IMG/VR virus record: IMGVR_UViG_3300031952_004642
Strand: one strand, 5' to 3'
DNA length: 37,082 nucleotides
From: a virus
Lineage: Duplodnaviria; Heunggongvirae; Uroviricota; Caudoviricetes
A model generated the notes under the pieces. It ran no database searches, was not told the origin of the DNA, and saw only the letters and a program-made list of their open reading frames with translations. Positions 17,643 to 26,569 of this stretch are shown here, piece after piece. The position numbers and the translations under genes were made by a program. Every line of letters begins with the position of its first letter. Within the stretch, counting starts at the first letter, position 1.

Positions 17643-17884
17643 TCTTTCACCCCGAGCTCATTTGCTGTGAAAGCACCCCACCAGTTTTTCTCACGTGGAA
17701 ACCTTACCTCAAAGACATAAAGACTGCCGCTTTTAATCCTCGCAAATACGGTCTTCCCAGCGATTTTAGAGAACATAGCTGCCTCAGAATGCGGAACATT
17801 TGTTATTCTATATTGCCTAAGCTTCCGCAAACGCAGCTTTTCATGAGGACTCATTTCCCGACGTGCAAGACGTATGCGCTTCAT
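17639..17884 (-). CDS. Tagged small protein (MKRIRL)
   Basis: 81 aa, ATGA overlaps. Confidence 0.8.
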   Translation of the reverse strand: MKRIRLARREMSPHEKLRLRKLRQYRITNVPHSEAAMFSKIAGKTVFARIKSGSLYVFEVRFPREKNWWGAFTANELGVKE

Positions 17885-18078
17885 GGCCCCACCTCGATAG
17901 CTCTGACAGATTTGCCGCCTTTTTTCAAATGAGCAACAAGCCCTTTGGCTTCAGCACGTGTAAGAAGAACACGAGACGACTCAGGGTCTTCGATTTTACT
18001 CAGCCCTACCGCTTTTTCAACCCTCTCATCAACAACGACATAACGCCTTTTCGGAAGCCTCATTCTCCTATGAATCAT
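17881..18078 (-). CDS. Tagged small protein (MIHRRMRL)
   Basis: 65 aa, ATGA overlaps. Confidence 0.75.
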   Translation of the reverse strand: MIHRRMRLPKRRYVVVDERVEKAVGLSKIEDPESSRVLLTRAEAKGLVAHLKKGGKSVRAIEVGP

Positions 18079-18365
18079 AAATCCTCCACCACCTTTATCG
18101 GCAGATTTCCCGTCACGCAGCGTGCATGGATTCTCCTTAGATGAGGAAGACTCAAAGAAGGCAGGACATCAGCAATCGATTCACCGAATGCGCACATCTC
18201 ATCCTCGAGAACACTTAGCTCTGGCACACCACCAAGCTTTACGATATCAGTTACCAGCTCTTTCTTCTCAGTCGCCAAATCAAGCCTGCGCTTAAAGAAT
18301 TCACCCTTCACCGTTCTCGGAAGCCTTCCATTGCGATTCATTTTTATTACTCTCCAATTAATCAT
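18075..18365 (-). CDS. Small protein with tag variant (MNRNGRL from ATG 18341)
   Basis: ORF track; internal ATG gives the tag-like start. Confidence 0.7.
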   Translation of the reverse strand: MINWRVIKMNRNGRLPRTVKGEFFKRRLDLATEKKELVTDIVKLGGVPELSVLEDEMCAFGESIADVLPSLSLPHLRRIHARCVTGNLPIKVVEDL

Positions 18366-18380
18366 GACAAAGCAAAGCAG

Positions 18381-18659
18381 CTACTTCACCCTTGTCTGAC
18401 CTTTAGGCGGATGGAAAACTGGACATGTCCCCTTGGCGGTCTTTTTCTTCAGCATGCTCTGCGGCCTCGTACCTACCTTGCAAACACCACCTTTGAACTT
18501 CCCCTTTGGACATCCGACCACAAGCTTCACGCCTTTCTTGATTTTCTTCGTTCTGAAGCTCTTCGGGTCAAATTCCGCAGGGTCAGCAAGGCGCATACGA
18601 CAGTACTTCGCCTTCTTTCCACCCTTTTCCACCTTAAGCCTCTGTCCTCTTTTTGGCAT
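18381..18659 (-). CDS. Basic Cys-containing protein (MPKRGQRL)
   Basis: 92 aa, RLADPAEFDPKSFRT..GVKLVVGCPKG. Confidence 0.75.
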   Translation of the reverse strand: MPKRGQRLKVEKGGKKAKYCRMRLADPAEFDPKSFRTKKIKKGVKLVVGCPKGKFKGGVCKVGTRPQSMLKKKTAKGTCPVFHPPKGQTRVK

Positions 18660-18673
18660 AATGAATCACGATT

Positions 18674-19009
18674 TTACTTGTCAACTTCAAAGTCAACGAC
18701 CAGTGCCTTAACACGGTCTCCGAACTTACCAGCCTTCCCCGTGACGGCATAAACAGGATAAACACCATCTCCGAGACCAGATGAACTTACAACAGCCAGC
18801 TTGATTCCCGTCTTGTTTTTCAACTGGTTCTTACCAGCAAGGCTCACCTTGGATATATTATCATAAGATGGAATCCCATTCTTTGCACCGATGTATGATG
18901 GGTCTGTCACAACTACCTGACCAGAGTCAACGCCAATGACACCTATCCGCTTGAACCTGTCTCCTGCACGCATTTTCAGCCCTGAAAGCCTACCTCTTCG
19001 CTTTACCAT
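18674..19009 (-). CDS. Tagged DUF4241-like protein (MVKRRGRL)
   Basis: IGVDSGQVVVTDP and SSGLGDGVYPVY motifs resemble DUF4241 (from memory). Confidence 0.65.
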   Translation of the reverse strand: MVKRRGRLSGLKMRAGDRFKRIGVIGVDSGQVVVTDPSYIGAKNGIPSYDNISKVSLAGKNQLKNKTGIKLAVVSSSGLGDGVYPVYAVTGKAGKFGDRVKALVVDFEVDK

Positions 19010-19010
19010 A

Positions 19011-19400
19011 TCATTTCCCCCTCTTATCAGCATCACGAGCACGGTCAGCAGCCCTCAATGCATTAACAGCCTGCTCAGCCGTAAATCCACGCTGAAAATA
19101 ATCCCTGAGCTTGCTCTCATTTACGATTCCACCATATCCGAAACCGACATTCTGCTCGTACTGCTCAAAGGGAGAGAGCTTCACCTTCGGCTCAGCCACA
19201 GTTATACGCTCAGCGAGCAAATCCTTGAAGCTTCTGCCAGTGCGATGAGAAAGCGCCCATGCTTCCATGAAATCCTGTTTGGTGATTGGATATTCCTTGC
19301 CCTCAACGAGAACGGTCTTCCTGTACTTCGGGAGCTTGCCTTTAATGGCGAGCCTACCCACGCCCCGAACAGTCACCCTATGCAGATTCGACCTTTTCAT
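19011..19400 (-). CDS. Tagged protein (MKRSNL...GRL)
   Basis: 129-aa ORF. Confidence 0.75.
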   Translation of the reverse strand: MKRSNLHRVTVRGVGRLAIKGKLPKYRKTVLVEGKEYPITKQDFMEAWALSHRTGRSFKDLLAERITVAEPKVKLSPFEQYEQNVGFGYGGIVNESKLRDYFQRGFTAEQAVNALRAADRARDADKRGK

Positions 19401-19957
19401 GTGAATGCCTCCTTCTTCGCATCTTTCATTTCTTTCTGAATCAGCTTAGCAGAATTCGTGACAGAGAAATCCTCATAAGGCATTTCAGCCGAAAAGAATG
19501 GCTCAGGTTCCATGGATTTGGCCCACTCCTTATGCATTTTCGAAACAACAGCCTTCTTTTCCTTCGGCTTCATCCCAGCAGTCGCTATGGTTTCCTGAAG
19601 CTCTTCCTGCCATTCACCACTCATCGCCTTGCCATAAACCTTTGCGGCCTTGCCAGCAAACTGTAAGAATTTCTTCATGCCTTCACGGAACTTGATAGGC
19701 GGCTTCGGAGTTAACGCCGCACGGCCTTTCTGCCATACGGCAAGCTGGCCAGCACGGCTCTGGATTTCCTGCTCAGCGACCTGTTTTGTCTCAGCAAGAA
19801 CTGGATTCCCAGCAGTCACTTTCGCCGAAAGAGTAGCATATTTCTTGACCCGTTCAGTGGGCATACCTTTGAGCTCAGAGGCAATCTGCCGCCTGAGACG
19901 ACCATTGCCCTTCATTGAAGAGCCAGACCTCGATAAACGTGTTCTTCCCATAGCCAT
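19397..19957 (-). CDS. Tagged helical protein (MAMGRTRL)
   Basis: 186 aa; first gene after the promoter at 19978-20003. Confidence 0.8.
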   Translation of the reverse strand: MAMGRTRLSRSGSSMKGNGRLRRQIASELKGMPTERVKKYATLSAKVTAGNPVLAETKQVAEQEIQSRAGQLAVWQKGRAALTPKPPIKFREGMKKFLQFAGKAAKVYGKAMSGEWQEELQETIATAGMKPKEKKAVVSKMHKEWAKSMEPEPFFSAEMPYEDFSVTNSAKLIQKEMKDAKKEAFT

Positions 19958-19977
19958 ATTGATAGTTCTAATTTTGG

Positions 19978-20003
19978 TTTATAAATGACACCTAAAATGG
20001 CAG
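19978..20003 (-). promoter_or_regulatory. Array promoter
   Basis: TTTATAAATGACACCTAAAATGGCAG. Confidence 0.75.
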
Positions 20004-20004
20004 A

Positions 20005-21705
20005 CTACCTGCCAATGTTTGACACTGCGCCACCGACAGCACGACGAACAGCCATAGCCACACCCATGAACATCGCCAAGATGCCACCAACAACACCCAG
20101 ACCAAGGATTATATTAGAAAGAGGGTTCGTTATCGCAGTGAAGAAACCACCAAGACCAGACCCTGAATCACTGAGCACCTGATAAATCGGAGATTCCATC
20201 AGCTCATAATCTGAAAGCTGTGTAACAGTAAGGTCAACACTGCCATCAATTCCAAGATGAAAATATGTACAAATATCTATCGGACATTGTGCGCCATTCC
20301 TCATGATAATGAACTGAGTATCACCAGTAAATCCAGTCGATGTGAATGTCAGGATGGCTGGCTGGTCAAGCTCAGGCATAGCACCAGCATCAACACTTAT
20401 CCTTCTGTGAGATATCGCAATCGAATCACCAAATCCAAGGCTGCTTCCAGACAAGTCCACAGGAACAGTCCAGTTTATCATGCCATAACCAGATTCAAGA
20501 ATCAGGTCAACCGAAGACCAGTTCGAAATGGATGAAAAGTCAGTAGTTTCACCACCACTAAATTCTGAGATATCAATACTGTACGAACACTCCTCATCAA
20601 GACAAAAAGGAACATAAATTACATTCCCACTGAATTTGCTCGCATTAGGTGTTGCAGAACCCCACCAGTTGTCAGTCGCATCAACATCAGAAATGGCATT
20701 AACCAGAGCATTGATAAACACAAACTCGGTATTATTCACCACCTTATTTAAATTTATGGAATTATTTGCTGGCCCAGTATTATTTCCCTCACAACTGACA
20801 AGGACACCTATCTTATTATCAACGAATTCATTGAATCGTATGACATTTCCTTCACTGACTTCATGGATATAGATGGCAGAACCCTTGCCAGCAGTGATGA
20901 TAGTTCCCCAGAATGTAGTGACTACCGCCGTGCTCACATGATTTGAAACATTATTATTCTCAATAACAGAATTCGTGACCTGATGCACATTGATACCCAT
21001 GGCAGTGTTATTAATGATGACATTACCAGCCACATAATCACCATCATCATACTTTATGCTGATACCATTCCCGTTATTTCCAGAAACGATATTATTGATT
21101 ATGGTGTTATGACCAGTGCCATAAGTGGAAATTCCAGAACCGCTATTGTTGGCTATCACATTGCCACTGACAGTTATATTGGAAACGTGCTGTGCCAAAT
21201 AATCCCCAGCATCATAGAACAAGATTCCTTTATTTGTGTTTGCGACAATCTGATTTCCGATGATAGAAATGCCATCCACACCATTGCCAGCAGCATAACC
21301 AACCCTGATTCCATATGAACTCCCAGTCATGGTGTTGTTGAATATCAGGCCACCGCTTATCGGATTTACAGAATCATCTATTATAAGAGTCCCAACGACA
21401 GTGCAACCTTCAAAAGTAACATTGCCTGCACGTATCTTTTCCTGTCCAGTAATCATCACAGACTCAGAGCCTGCGCCATGCAAAACAATGCTCGTATTTA
21501 TTATCAGGTTCTCCGTATAACTTCCAGCTTCAACGCTGACTGTATCACCAGAAACAGCCAAATCTATCGCACCCTGCACGGTAGTCGAATTGCAACCAGA
21601 GCCACAAACCGTGAGAGTGGCTGACTGGACGCTTGGAACTAACAGGAAACAAAGTGCAAGTATGAGTAAAGAAAGCTTATATGCACAGCCATTCCAGATG
21701 CCCAT
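20005..21705 (-). CDS. Secreted right-handed beta-helix (NosD/pectin-lyase-like) protein fused to a C-terminal coat-protein module
   Basis: Signal peptide; TVCGSGCNSTTVQGAID start; I.GN.I.NN repeats. The last ~55 aa align with the 62-aa coat proteins (GLGGFFTAITNP...LGLGVVGGILAMF.GVAMAVRRAVGGAVSNIGR). Confidence 0.85.
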   Translation of the reverse strand: MGIWNGCAYKLSLLILALCFLLVPSVQSATLTVCGSGCNSTTVQGAIDLAVSGDTVSVEAGSYTENLIINTSIVLHGAGSESVMITGQEKIRAGNVTFEGCTVVGTLIIDDSVNPISGGLIFNNTMTGSSYGIRVGYAAGNGVDGISIIGNQIVANTNKGILFYDAGDYLAQHVSNITVSGNVIANNSGSGISTYGTGHNTIINNIVSGNNGNGISIKYDDGDYVAGNVIINNTAMGINVHQVTNSVIENNNVSNHVSTAVVTTFWGTIITAGKGSAIYIHEVSEGNVIRFNEFVDNKIGVLVSCEGNNTGPANNSINLNKVVNNTEFVFINALVNAISDVDATDNWWGSATPNASKFSGNVIYVPFCLDEECSYSIDISEFSGGETTDFSSISNWSSVDLILESGYGMINWTVPVDLSGSSLGFGDSIAISHRRISVDAGAMPELDQPAILTFTSTGFTGDTQFIIMRNGAQCPIDICTYFHLGIDGSVDLTVTQLSDYELMESPIYQVLSDSGSGLGGFFTAITNPLSNIILGLGVVGGILAMFMGVAMAVRRAVGGAVSNIGR

Positions 21706-21727
21706 AAGCAATCCTTCGAAAGGGCAC

Positions 21728-21752
21728 TTATAAATGACACCTAAAATGGCAG
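21728..21752 (-). promoter_or_regulatory. Array promoter
   Basis: TTATAAATGACACCTAAAATGGCAG. Confidence 0.75.
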
Positions 21753-21754
21753 AT

Positions 21755-22063
21755 TCAATAAATTTTCAAAGACCATGGAAGGTTCGGTGTCATCCGCTGT
21801 TTGATGTTACGCTTCACGAAATTCGTCTTCATCTGCTTTTCGAGCTTCGTTAGGTATTTGTAATAACTGGGGTGCTCAAAAATATGGGCCTTCGCTATCT
21901 GTTTTGCCAGAGACGCATCATCAGTATGCTCTTTCTCGACCTCGATTCCAATAGCAAGTTGCTTCGGGTCAAAAAGCTCATCAGGGTCATCACCATGCTT
22001 CAGCCTGAAAACGCATTTCTTATGCACAGACTTTCTGGCCAAACGTGAACCATAGACAGACAT
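21755..22063 (-). CDS. DUF5661-like protein with tag variant (MSVYGSRL)
   Basis: QLAIGIEVEKEHTDD...AKQIAKAHIFEHPSYYKYL matches the DUF5661 pattern (from memory); start ATG 22063. Confidence 0.7.
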   Translation of the reverse strand: MSVYGSRLARKSVHKKCVFRLKHGDDPDELFDPKQLAIGIEVEKEHTDDASLAKQIAKAHIFEHPSYYKYLTKLEKQMKTNFVKRNIKQRMTPNLPWSLKIY

Positions 22064-22064
22064 A

Positions 22065-22184
22065 TCAGCACCTAAACATCTCATCAGGCATAGCTCCCAG
22101 CGCAGCAGAAGCACTGTATTCCTCATCTGATTTCTTGCGCTTCTTACGATGAATGAACCTTGATAAACGGGATTTATGTTTCAT
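22065..22184 (-). CDS. Tagged 39-aa microprotein (not in ORF track)
   Basis: MKHKSRLSRFIHRKKRKKSDEEYSASAALGAMPDEMFRC, with GAGGT RBS. Confidence 0.65.
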   Translation of the reverse strand: MKHKSRLSRFIHRKKRKKSDEEYSASAALGAMPDEMFRC

Positions 22185-22191
22185 AATTACC

Positions 22192-22632
22192 TCAATAAAC
22201 CTTCCCGAGCTTCGCATTAACTTCTTCTTTAAATGCAACAACTTTATCAGAATCCAACTTTAGACCTCCCTTAAAATCACCAAGCTCAACAAGCCTGCCA
22301 TCCTTTTCAGCAGACCATCGATGCTTATAGATATCATAGAAAACCTTGTTCTGATAGCCACGTCTTATTGCAATAGGGAACTTAACACCAAGATGTTTCA
22401 TGGCAATCTCATTAAAAATACGCTTAAAAAGATGAGCATCCTCACGGTTACTCACAGAGAATAATGACTCATATGGCTCATCATTCACATGAATCTTATC
22501 TGAAGGAACATCATACCTTCCATAATCGGAAGGCTTTGGTTCTTCCTGCCTGTCAGAAAGCATATACTGAGAAACAAGCCTCTTGCGCCGAGGTTTTACT
22601 TTCATACCAGAAAGTCTGGATTTACGCTTCAT
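22192..22632 (-). CDS. Tagged protein (MKRKSRL)
   Basis: 146-aa ORF. Confidence 0.8.
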   Translation of the reverse strand: MKRKSRLSGMKVKPRRKRLVSQYMLSDRQEEPKPSDYGRYDVPSDKIHVNDEPYESLFSVSNREDAHLFKRIFNEIAMKHLGVKFPIAIRRGYQNKVFYDIYKHRWSAEKDGRLVELGDFKGGLKLDSDKVVAFKEEVNAKLGKVY

Positions 22633-22793
22633 CTTTTTTCACCCCACAACTCAACAGGCATCGGTCTCCTGACATGAGGATTATTCACAGCACGCAATTC
22701 ACCAAGCCTGTAATCAACAAAATATTCACGGCCACCTATCACCGTCACAGGCAACCTTCTCGGACTCCTCGAGAGACGTGATTTACGCTTCAT
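22629..22793 (-). CDS. Tagged 54-aa microprotein (not in ORF track)
   Basis: MKRKSRLSRSPRRLPVTVIGGREYFVDYRLGELRAVNNPH...; first gene after the promoter at 22818-22841. Confidence 0.75.
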   Translation of the reverse strand: MKRKSRLSRSPRRLPVTVIGGREYFVDYRLGELRAVNNPHVRRPMPVELWGEKR

Positions 22794-22817
22794 AGAATTA
22801 ATATTTGGAAAGCTGAC

Positions 22818-22841
22818 TTATAATACTATCGAAAATGGCAG
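22818..22841 (-). promoter_or_regulatory. Array promoter
   Basis: TTATAATACTATCGAAAATGGCAG. Confidence 0.7.
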
Positions 22842-22874
22842 AAACCTTTTTATAAAAAGCGTTTACGGAAAAAC

Positions 22875-23393
22875 TCAGTCAACGTATGTATGCATCCCAG
22901 CCCTGATTCCCATCCTTGCAAGAACCTGCTGGGCTATCTGGTACATCGGAGTATGATAATTCAAAGACTGCTGCTCATTCGCAGTACGCCTCGGATAATC
23001 AAAATGAACAGAATAACCACCAGCATAATGGTCACGACTGATGTAACCGATACCAGCGATACGATAATCCCCATCACGCTCTTTCACACCTTCCTTCTTA
23101 AAGAGCCTGACCAACGGAGAGTTACCTTCAACAGTGAGCCATGCACCACCAACCGGATACCAGTTCTGGCCAACAGCACCTGAGACCTCATCAGCCTTTT
23201 CCCGTAAGATTCTTGTCAGACCCTGTAGGCTATCCTTAGAAAGAGGAAGGCGGTCTGGAATAACAATTGACACCATGGAACCAGCTACCGAGACAACGAC
23301 AGGCGGCTGGCCCAGAGCAGTTGTGACTTTCTGCAAACGCTCACGCTGAATCGAAGAGCCGATGTTATTCTTGAGTCGGGATTTGCGTTTCAT
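22875..23393 (-). CDS. Tagged protein of a recurrent phage family (G.AW......SPLVRLFK...Q.L...GI.A....D) (MKRKSRL)
   Basis: Start ATG 23393; motif recalled from uncharacterised phage proteins. Confidence 0.75.
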   Translation of the reverse strand: MKRKSRLKNNIGSSIQRERLQKVTTALGQPPVVVSVAGSMVSIVIPDRLPLSKDSLQGLTRILREKADEVSGAVGQNWYPVGGAWLTVEGNSPLVRLFKKEGVKERDGDYRIAGIGYISRDHYAGGYSVHFDYPRRTANEQQSLNYHTPMYQIAQQVLARMGIRAGMHTYVD

Positions 23394-23398
23394 ATCAA

Positions 23399-23806
23399 TC
23401 AATTCAGATTCTTCTTGGCCCACTTCGGGCTCACTGCTAAAATGACAGTACCATCAGCAGGGTCACCGACAACGAGCCAACCTGTCCTTTTATTTACGAT
23501 TCTTTCTATGGTTTCACCATACTCATCATAAAGCCACTGAAAATCCTCTTGCTTCAAACGCTTATCCTGATAAAGCTTCTCTATCTCAGGCAAAGCCCGA
23601 TACTGCGGAACATAGCCATAAGTGAGCTGAGCCACACCATCAGGATATTCCTTGTTCTTGATATCCGTGACAAGACCATTTGCGAAATCAGTAGCTTCCT
23701 TCTGAAGACCAACAGAAATCTTGTCAAGCTCTGACTTCAAATAAGTCTTTAGCCTACTTTTGCGAGGCTTACCACCTGAACGAGAAAGTCGTGAACGCTT
23801 AACCAT
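23399..23806 (-). CDS. Tagged protein with double tag (MVKRSRL...RKSRL)
   Basis: Start ATG 23806. Confidence 0.8.
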   Translation of the reverse strand: MVKRSRLSRSGGKPRKSRLKTYLKSELDKISVGLQKEATDFANGLVTDIKNKEYPDGVAQLTYGYVPQYRALPEIEKLYQDKRLKQEDFQWLYDEYGETIERIVNKRTGWLVVGDPADGTVILAVSPKWAKKNLN

Positions 23807-23807
23807 A

Positions 23808-23999
23808 TTATTTCCTCTTCGGCGATATGCCAAGAGCATATCTATCCATATCTTCAGCCTTGAATTGCTTCAGCTTCATCCCATAATGCTCTTCCCAGTT
23901 GGCCTTTTCCTCGGAAGTAAATGGAGACTCTTTAAGATAAAGAATGATACCTTTCCAGCTTGCAACTTTTATCCTCGGCATGCGTGAACGCTTCACCAT
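23808..23999 (-). CDS. Tagged small protein (MVKRSRM)
   Basis: Start ATG 23999. Confidence 0.75.
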   Translation of the reverse strand: MVKRSRMPRIKVASWKGIILYLKESPFTSEEKANWEEHYGMKLKQFKAEDMDRYALGISPKRK

Positions 24000-24004
24000 G
24001 AAAA

Positions 24005-24838
24005 TCACCCAGCCGAGAATGTAATCTCCTTTTTGTTAAGCTTTGAAAAGACCTTCTGCTTGGCCTTGTCGAGAATCCACTGCTTTCCTATATCTCTATC
24101 AAGGTCTTCAGCCTTTCCACCCTGACCATACCAATGGTAACCAGCATCATCAGAGTTCCAGTTGTTCTCTCCATCAGAAGCATAGAAGTCCCGCATGCCC
24201 ATCACCCAGTTCTCCGGGTCGCTCATCTCGAAAACCTGCGGAATCGTGTACCCACCACGGACATCCGCACCACCGTGAACCGCAAGAAGGACAAAAGTCT
24301 TGCCACCCTTCCTGAACATCACATACTGTAGGGTCTGGTCAAGCGTGTTGTCATAATTGTATGTGTTGTCAACCTTGCCCATCTGGCCATCATCTTCACC
24401 ATAGAATTCAACAGACAACTCACCCTGCTCAGGAAAGACTTTCTTCATGAACCCTTCCATGGTTCCAGTTCCCCAGTCAGGATGGTCGCTCTCAGCCTGC
24501 TCTGGTTGTTTTATGAAAGCCTTGAACTGCGAATTCAATTTCTCACTTGCGGGAGAGACCTCTAGATTGCTGGTCAGGAAATCAAAGGTGCTGCGAGACA
24601 AAGTTACCTCATCATCATAGACTTCAATCTTCACCTGAGGCTCCTTGGTGAAATCCTTACCCTGATTCCTCTGGAACGCACGGCCATAGGCTCCACCAGA
24701 ATCCAAGAAATGAGCACCAGTATCCTCCTGCAACATACCAGCGATACGCTGCTGAGTTGGAGACATAGAAACTTTAGTCATGCGTGTAGAACGTGACTTG
24801 TTCGATTTCCTTGAAAGGCGAGTTCTCCTGACCATCAT
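24005..24838 (-). CDS. Tagged 277-aa protein (MVRRTRL; ML.E.TG.HFLDSGGAYGR..QRN motif)
   Basis: Conserved-looking N-terminal domain motif recalled from viral hypothetical proteins. Confidence 0.8.
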   Translation of the reverse strand: MMVRRTRLSRKSNKSRSTRMTKVSMSPTQQRIAGMLQEDTGAHFLDSGGAYGRAFQRNQGKDFTKEPQVKIEVYDDEVTLSRSTFDFLTSNLEVSPASEKLNSQFKAFIKQPEQAESDHPDWGTGTMEGFMKKVFPEQGELSVEFYGEDDGQMGKVDNTYNYDNTLDQTLQYVMFRKGGKTFVLLAVHGGADVRGGYTIPQVFEMSDPENWVMGMRDFYASDGENNWNSDDAGYHWYGQGGKAEDLDRDIGKQWILDKAKQKVFSKLNKKEITFSAG

Positions 24839-24999
24839 TTACCACCATACAAAAGCTTTTCATATTTCTTTTTCTCGGCAGGAGTCATGTACTCTTCAAT
24901 GACCTCACCAGACATCCGCCCAAGAGCAGAAACCTCTATATCATGGGCTTTATCGATATCAGTCTTAGCAGACCTTGAAAGGCGAGTTCTCCTGACCAT
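24835..24999 (-). CDS. Tagged 54-aa microprotein (not in ORF track)
   Basis: MVRRTRLSRSAKTDIDKAHDIEVSALGRMSGEVIEEYMTPAEKKKYEKLLYGGK. Confidence 0.7.
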   Translation of the reverse strand: MVRRTRLSRSAKTDIDKAHDIEVSALGRMSGEVIEEYMTPAEKKKYEKLLYGGK

Positions 25000-25004
25000 A
25001 AGAT

Positions 25005-25154
25005 TTACTCCCTGAAGACCTTCTTGGATTTATCGAAAATCTTCTTCGCTTCGCTGAAAACACCCTCACGCATCTTGGTCACAATTTTCTGTTCCTTCTT
25101 CACGATAGGCGTAACTTTCATCCGCTTTCGCATAAGACGAGATTGATTTAGCAT
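25005..25154 (-). CDS. Tagged 49-aa microprotein (not in ORF track)
   Basis: MLNQSRLMRKRMKVTPIVKKEQKIVTKMREGVFSEAKKIFDKSKKVFRE. Confidence 0.65.
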   Translation of the reverse strand: MLNQSRLMRKRMKVTPIVKKEQKIVTKMREGVFSEAKKIFDKSKKVFRE

Positions 25155-25381
25155 CACAAATCACGCTTCCTCGGCTCGGTTTTGACAATGACCCGCTTGA
25201 ATCCACCTACAACACCTTTACCCCGAACTGGTTTGTCTTCCACAAGAACCAAATTTGCGAAAGTATCTTCATCACGCATTATAAAATAGTCTCTTGGATT
25301 CGCAGAAAACTCTTCGCCAGTTTTCAGATTCAACAGCAAACGCCTCCACGGCTTTCGACTAAGACGACTTCTTCGTGCCAT
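25154..25381 (-). CDS. Tagged small protein (MARRSRL)
   Basis: 75-aa ORF. Confidence 0.8.
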   Translation of the reverse strand: MARRSRLSRKPWRRLLLNLKTGEEFSANPRDYFIMRDEDTFANLVLVEDKPVRGKGVVGGFKRVIVKTEPRKRDL

Positions 25382-25415
25382 AAACTTACCTGATAATCAA
25401 GTCTTCGCAAGACCA

Positions 25416-25441
25416 TTTATAAATAACACCTAAAATGGCAG
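25416..25441 (-). promoter_or_regulatory. Array promoter
   Basis: TTTATAAATAACACCTAAAATGGCAG. Confidence 0.75.
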
Positions 25442-25444
25442 GAT

Positions 25445-26098
25445 TCAAGTCCGAACATCCTTCGTCATCAGCGAATAGAACATGCTGCCATCCACCTTGG
25501 TCGGAACAAGGATAACGCTCTTATAGCCTTTCCTGTAATCCGAGACAGCACGCTTCATGTCCAAAGGATGAAGGTCATGCTTCAGCCTATCCTTCAGGTC
25601 ATATCCATCCTTCAGATAATCATTCTCTGTCTTCTTGGTAAGGCCATGAACTTTAGAGAAATGCGACCATCGCTCTTCGGCCTTGACCCCACGCTTATGG
25701 AAATCGGAAAGCCTGTCAAGAAGGAAATTCGTTGCGAACACCATATCGGTAGCGAATTTGCCACGAGCAAGGTCATCATAGAACTTCACGACACGATATC
25801 CCCATCGAGCTGGCCTCTGCATGGCTTCACCAACGGAAACAGCCAAAGGAGACGGCATCTTAGGAGCTTCCTTGCCCCATTTCTTCTGCAAACCTTTTCG
25901 GCGCTCGAGCTCCTTCACTGCAAAATCATGATAAGTAGAAAGAATCGGGTCAGCCACGATGGCTGATTTCTTGGCTTCCACAAAATCCTTGAGCCGAGGA
26001 TAAGACATCTGCTCAACTTCCTGTTTCATGGCAGTCTTCAGCCTGCCGCTGCGAACACCCAACGCCGACGATGCAAGCCTACTTTTTCTTCGTGCCAT
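25445..26098 (-). CDS. Tagged protein (MARRKSRL)
   Basis: 217-aa ORF. Confidence 0.8.
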   Translation of the reverse strand: MARRKSRLASSALGVRSGRLKTAMKQEVEQMSYPRLKDFVEAKKSAIVADPILSTYHDFAVKELERRKGLQKKWGKEAPKMPSPLAVSVGEAMQRPARWGYRVVKFYDDLARGKFATDMVFATNFLLDRLSDFHKRGVKAEERWSHFSKVHGLTKKTENDYLKDGYDLKDRLKHDLHPLDMKRAVSDYRKGYKSVILVPTKVDGSMFYSLMTKDVRT

Positions 26099-26243
26099 TC
26101 TTCACCCTCTTATATTTAGCATAGTCCAGAGGCCTCAATTCTAGCTGAGCAAGAAGCTCACTCGATGGCATGTCACCTGTTTTTTTTATACGCCAGAACC
26201 CCAACCTCGGAGCACGAGATAAACGTTTTCGCCTGACAGCCAT
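26079..26243 (-). CDS. Tagged 54-aa microprotein (not in ORF track)
   Basis: MAVRRKRLSRAPRLGFWRIKKTGDMPSSELLAQLELRPLDYAKYKRVKNGTKKK; directly after a promoter. Confidence 0.65.
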   Translation of the reverse strand: MAVRRKRLSRAPRLGFWRIKKTGDMPSSELLAQLELRPLDYAKYKRVKNGTKKK

Positions 26244-26263
26244 GATGAGATTTCGATTTTCAG

Positions 26264-26289
26264 TTTAAAAATAACACCTAAAATGGCAG
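26264..26289 (-). promoter_or_regulatory. Array promoter
   Basis: TTTAAAAATAACACCTAAAATGGCAG. Confidence 0.75.
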
Positions 26290-26296
26290 GAACCGA

Positions 26297-26524
26297 TTAA
26301 CCGAAATCAATGGTGTCATCATCAGAAGACTGAGACTGAGACGATGATTTCCTGCCCTCTTTGATTTTATTTGCAGCGCCTTTCATGATATTGCCATAAA
26401 AATTAGCCATCCCATGGATGAACTGACCCGAGCGCTTACCGATAGACGAGCCCTCCGGCTTAGGCTCTTCCAACAGAGGCGGCTGTACCGTTTTCTGCAA
26501 TCTTGTCTTATTTCCTAAAGGCAT
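26297..26524 (-). CDS. Small protein with tag variant (MPLGNKTRL)
   Basis: Start ATG 26524. Confidence 0.7.
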   Translation of the reverse strand: MPLGNKTRLQKTVQPPLLEEPKPEGSSIGKRSGQFIHGMANFYGNIMKGAANKIKEGRKSSSQSQSSDDDTIDFG

Positions 26525-26569
26525 ATTCAAACTTCCTGAAGAATATTTCACCTGAAGATTTAAAAGTCT

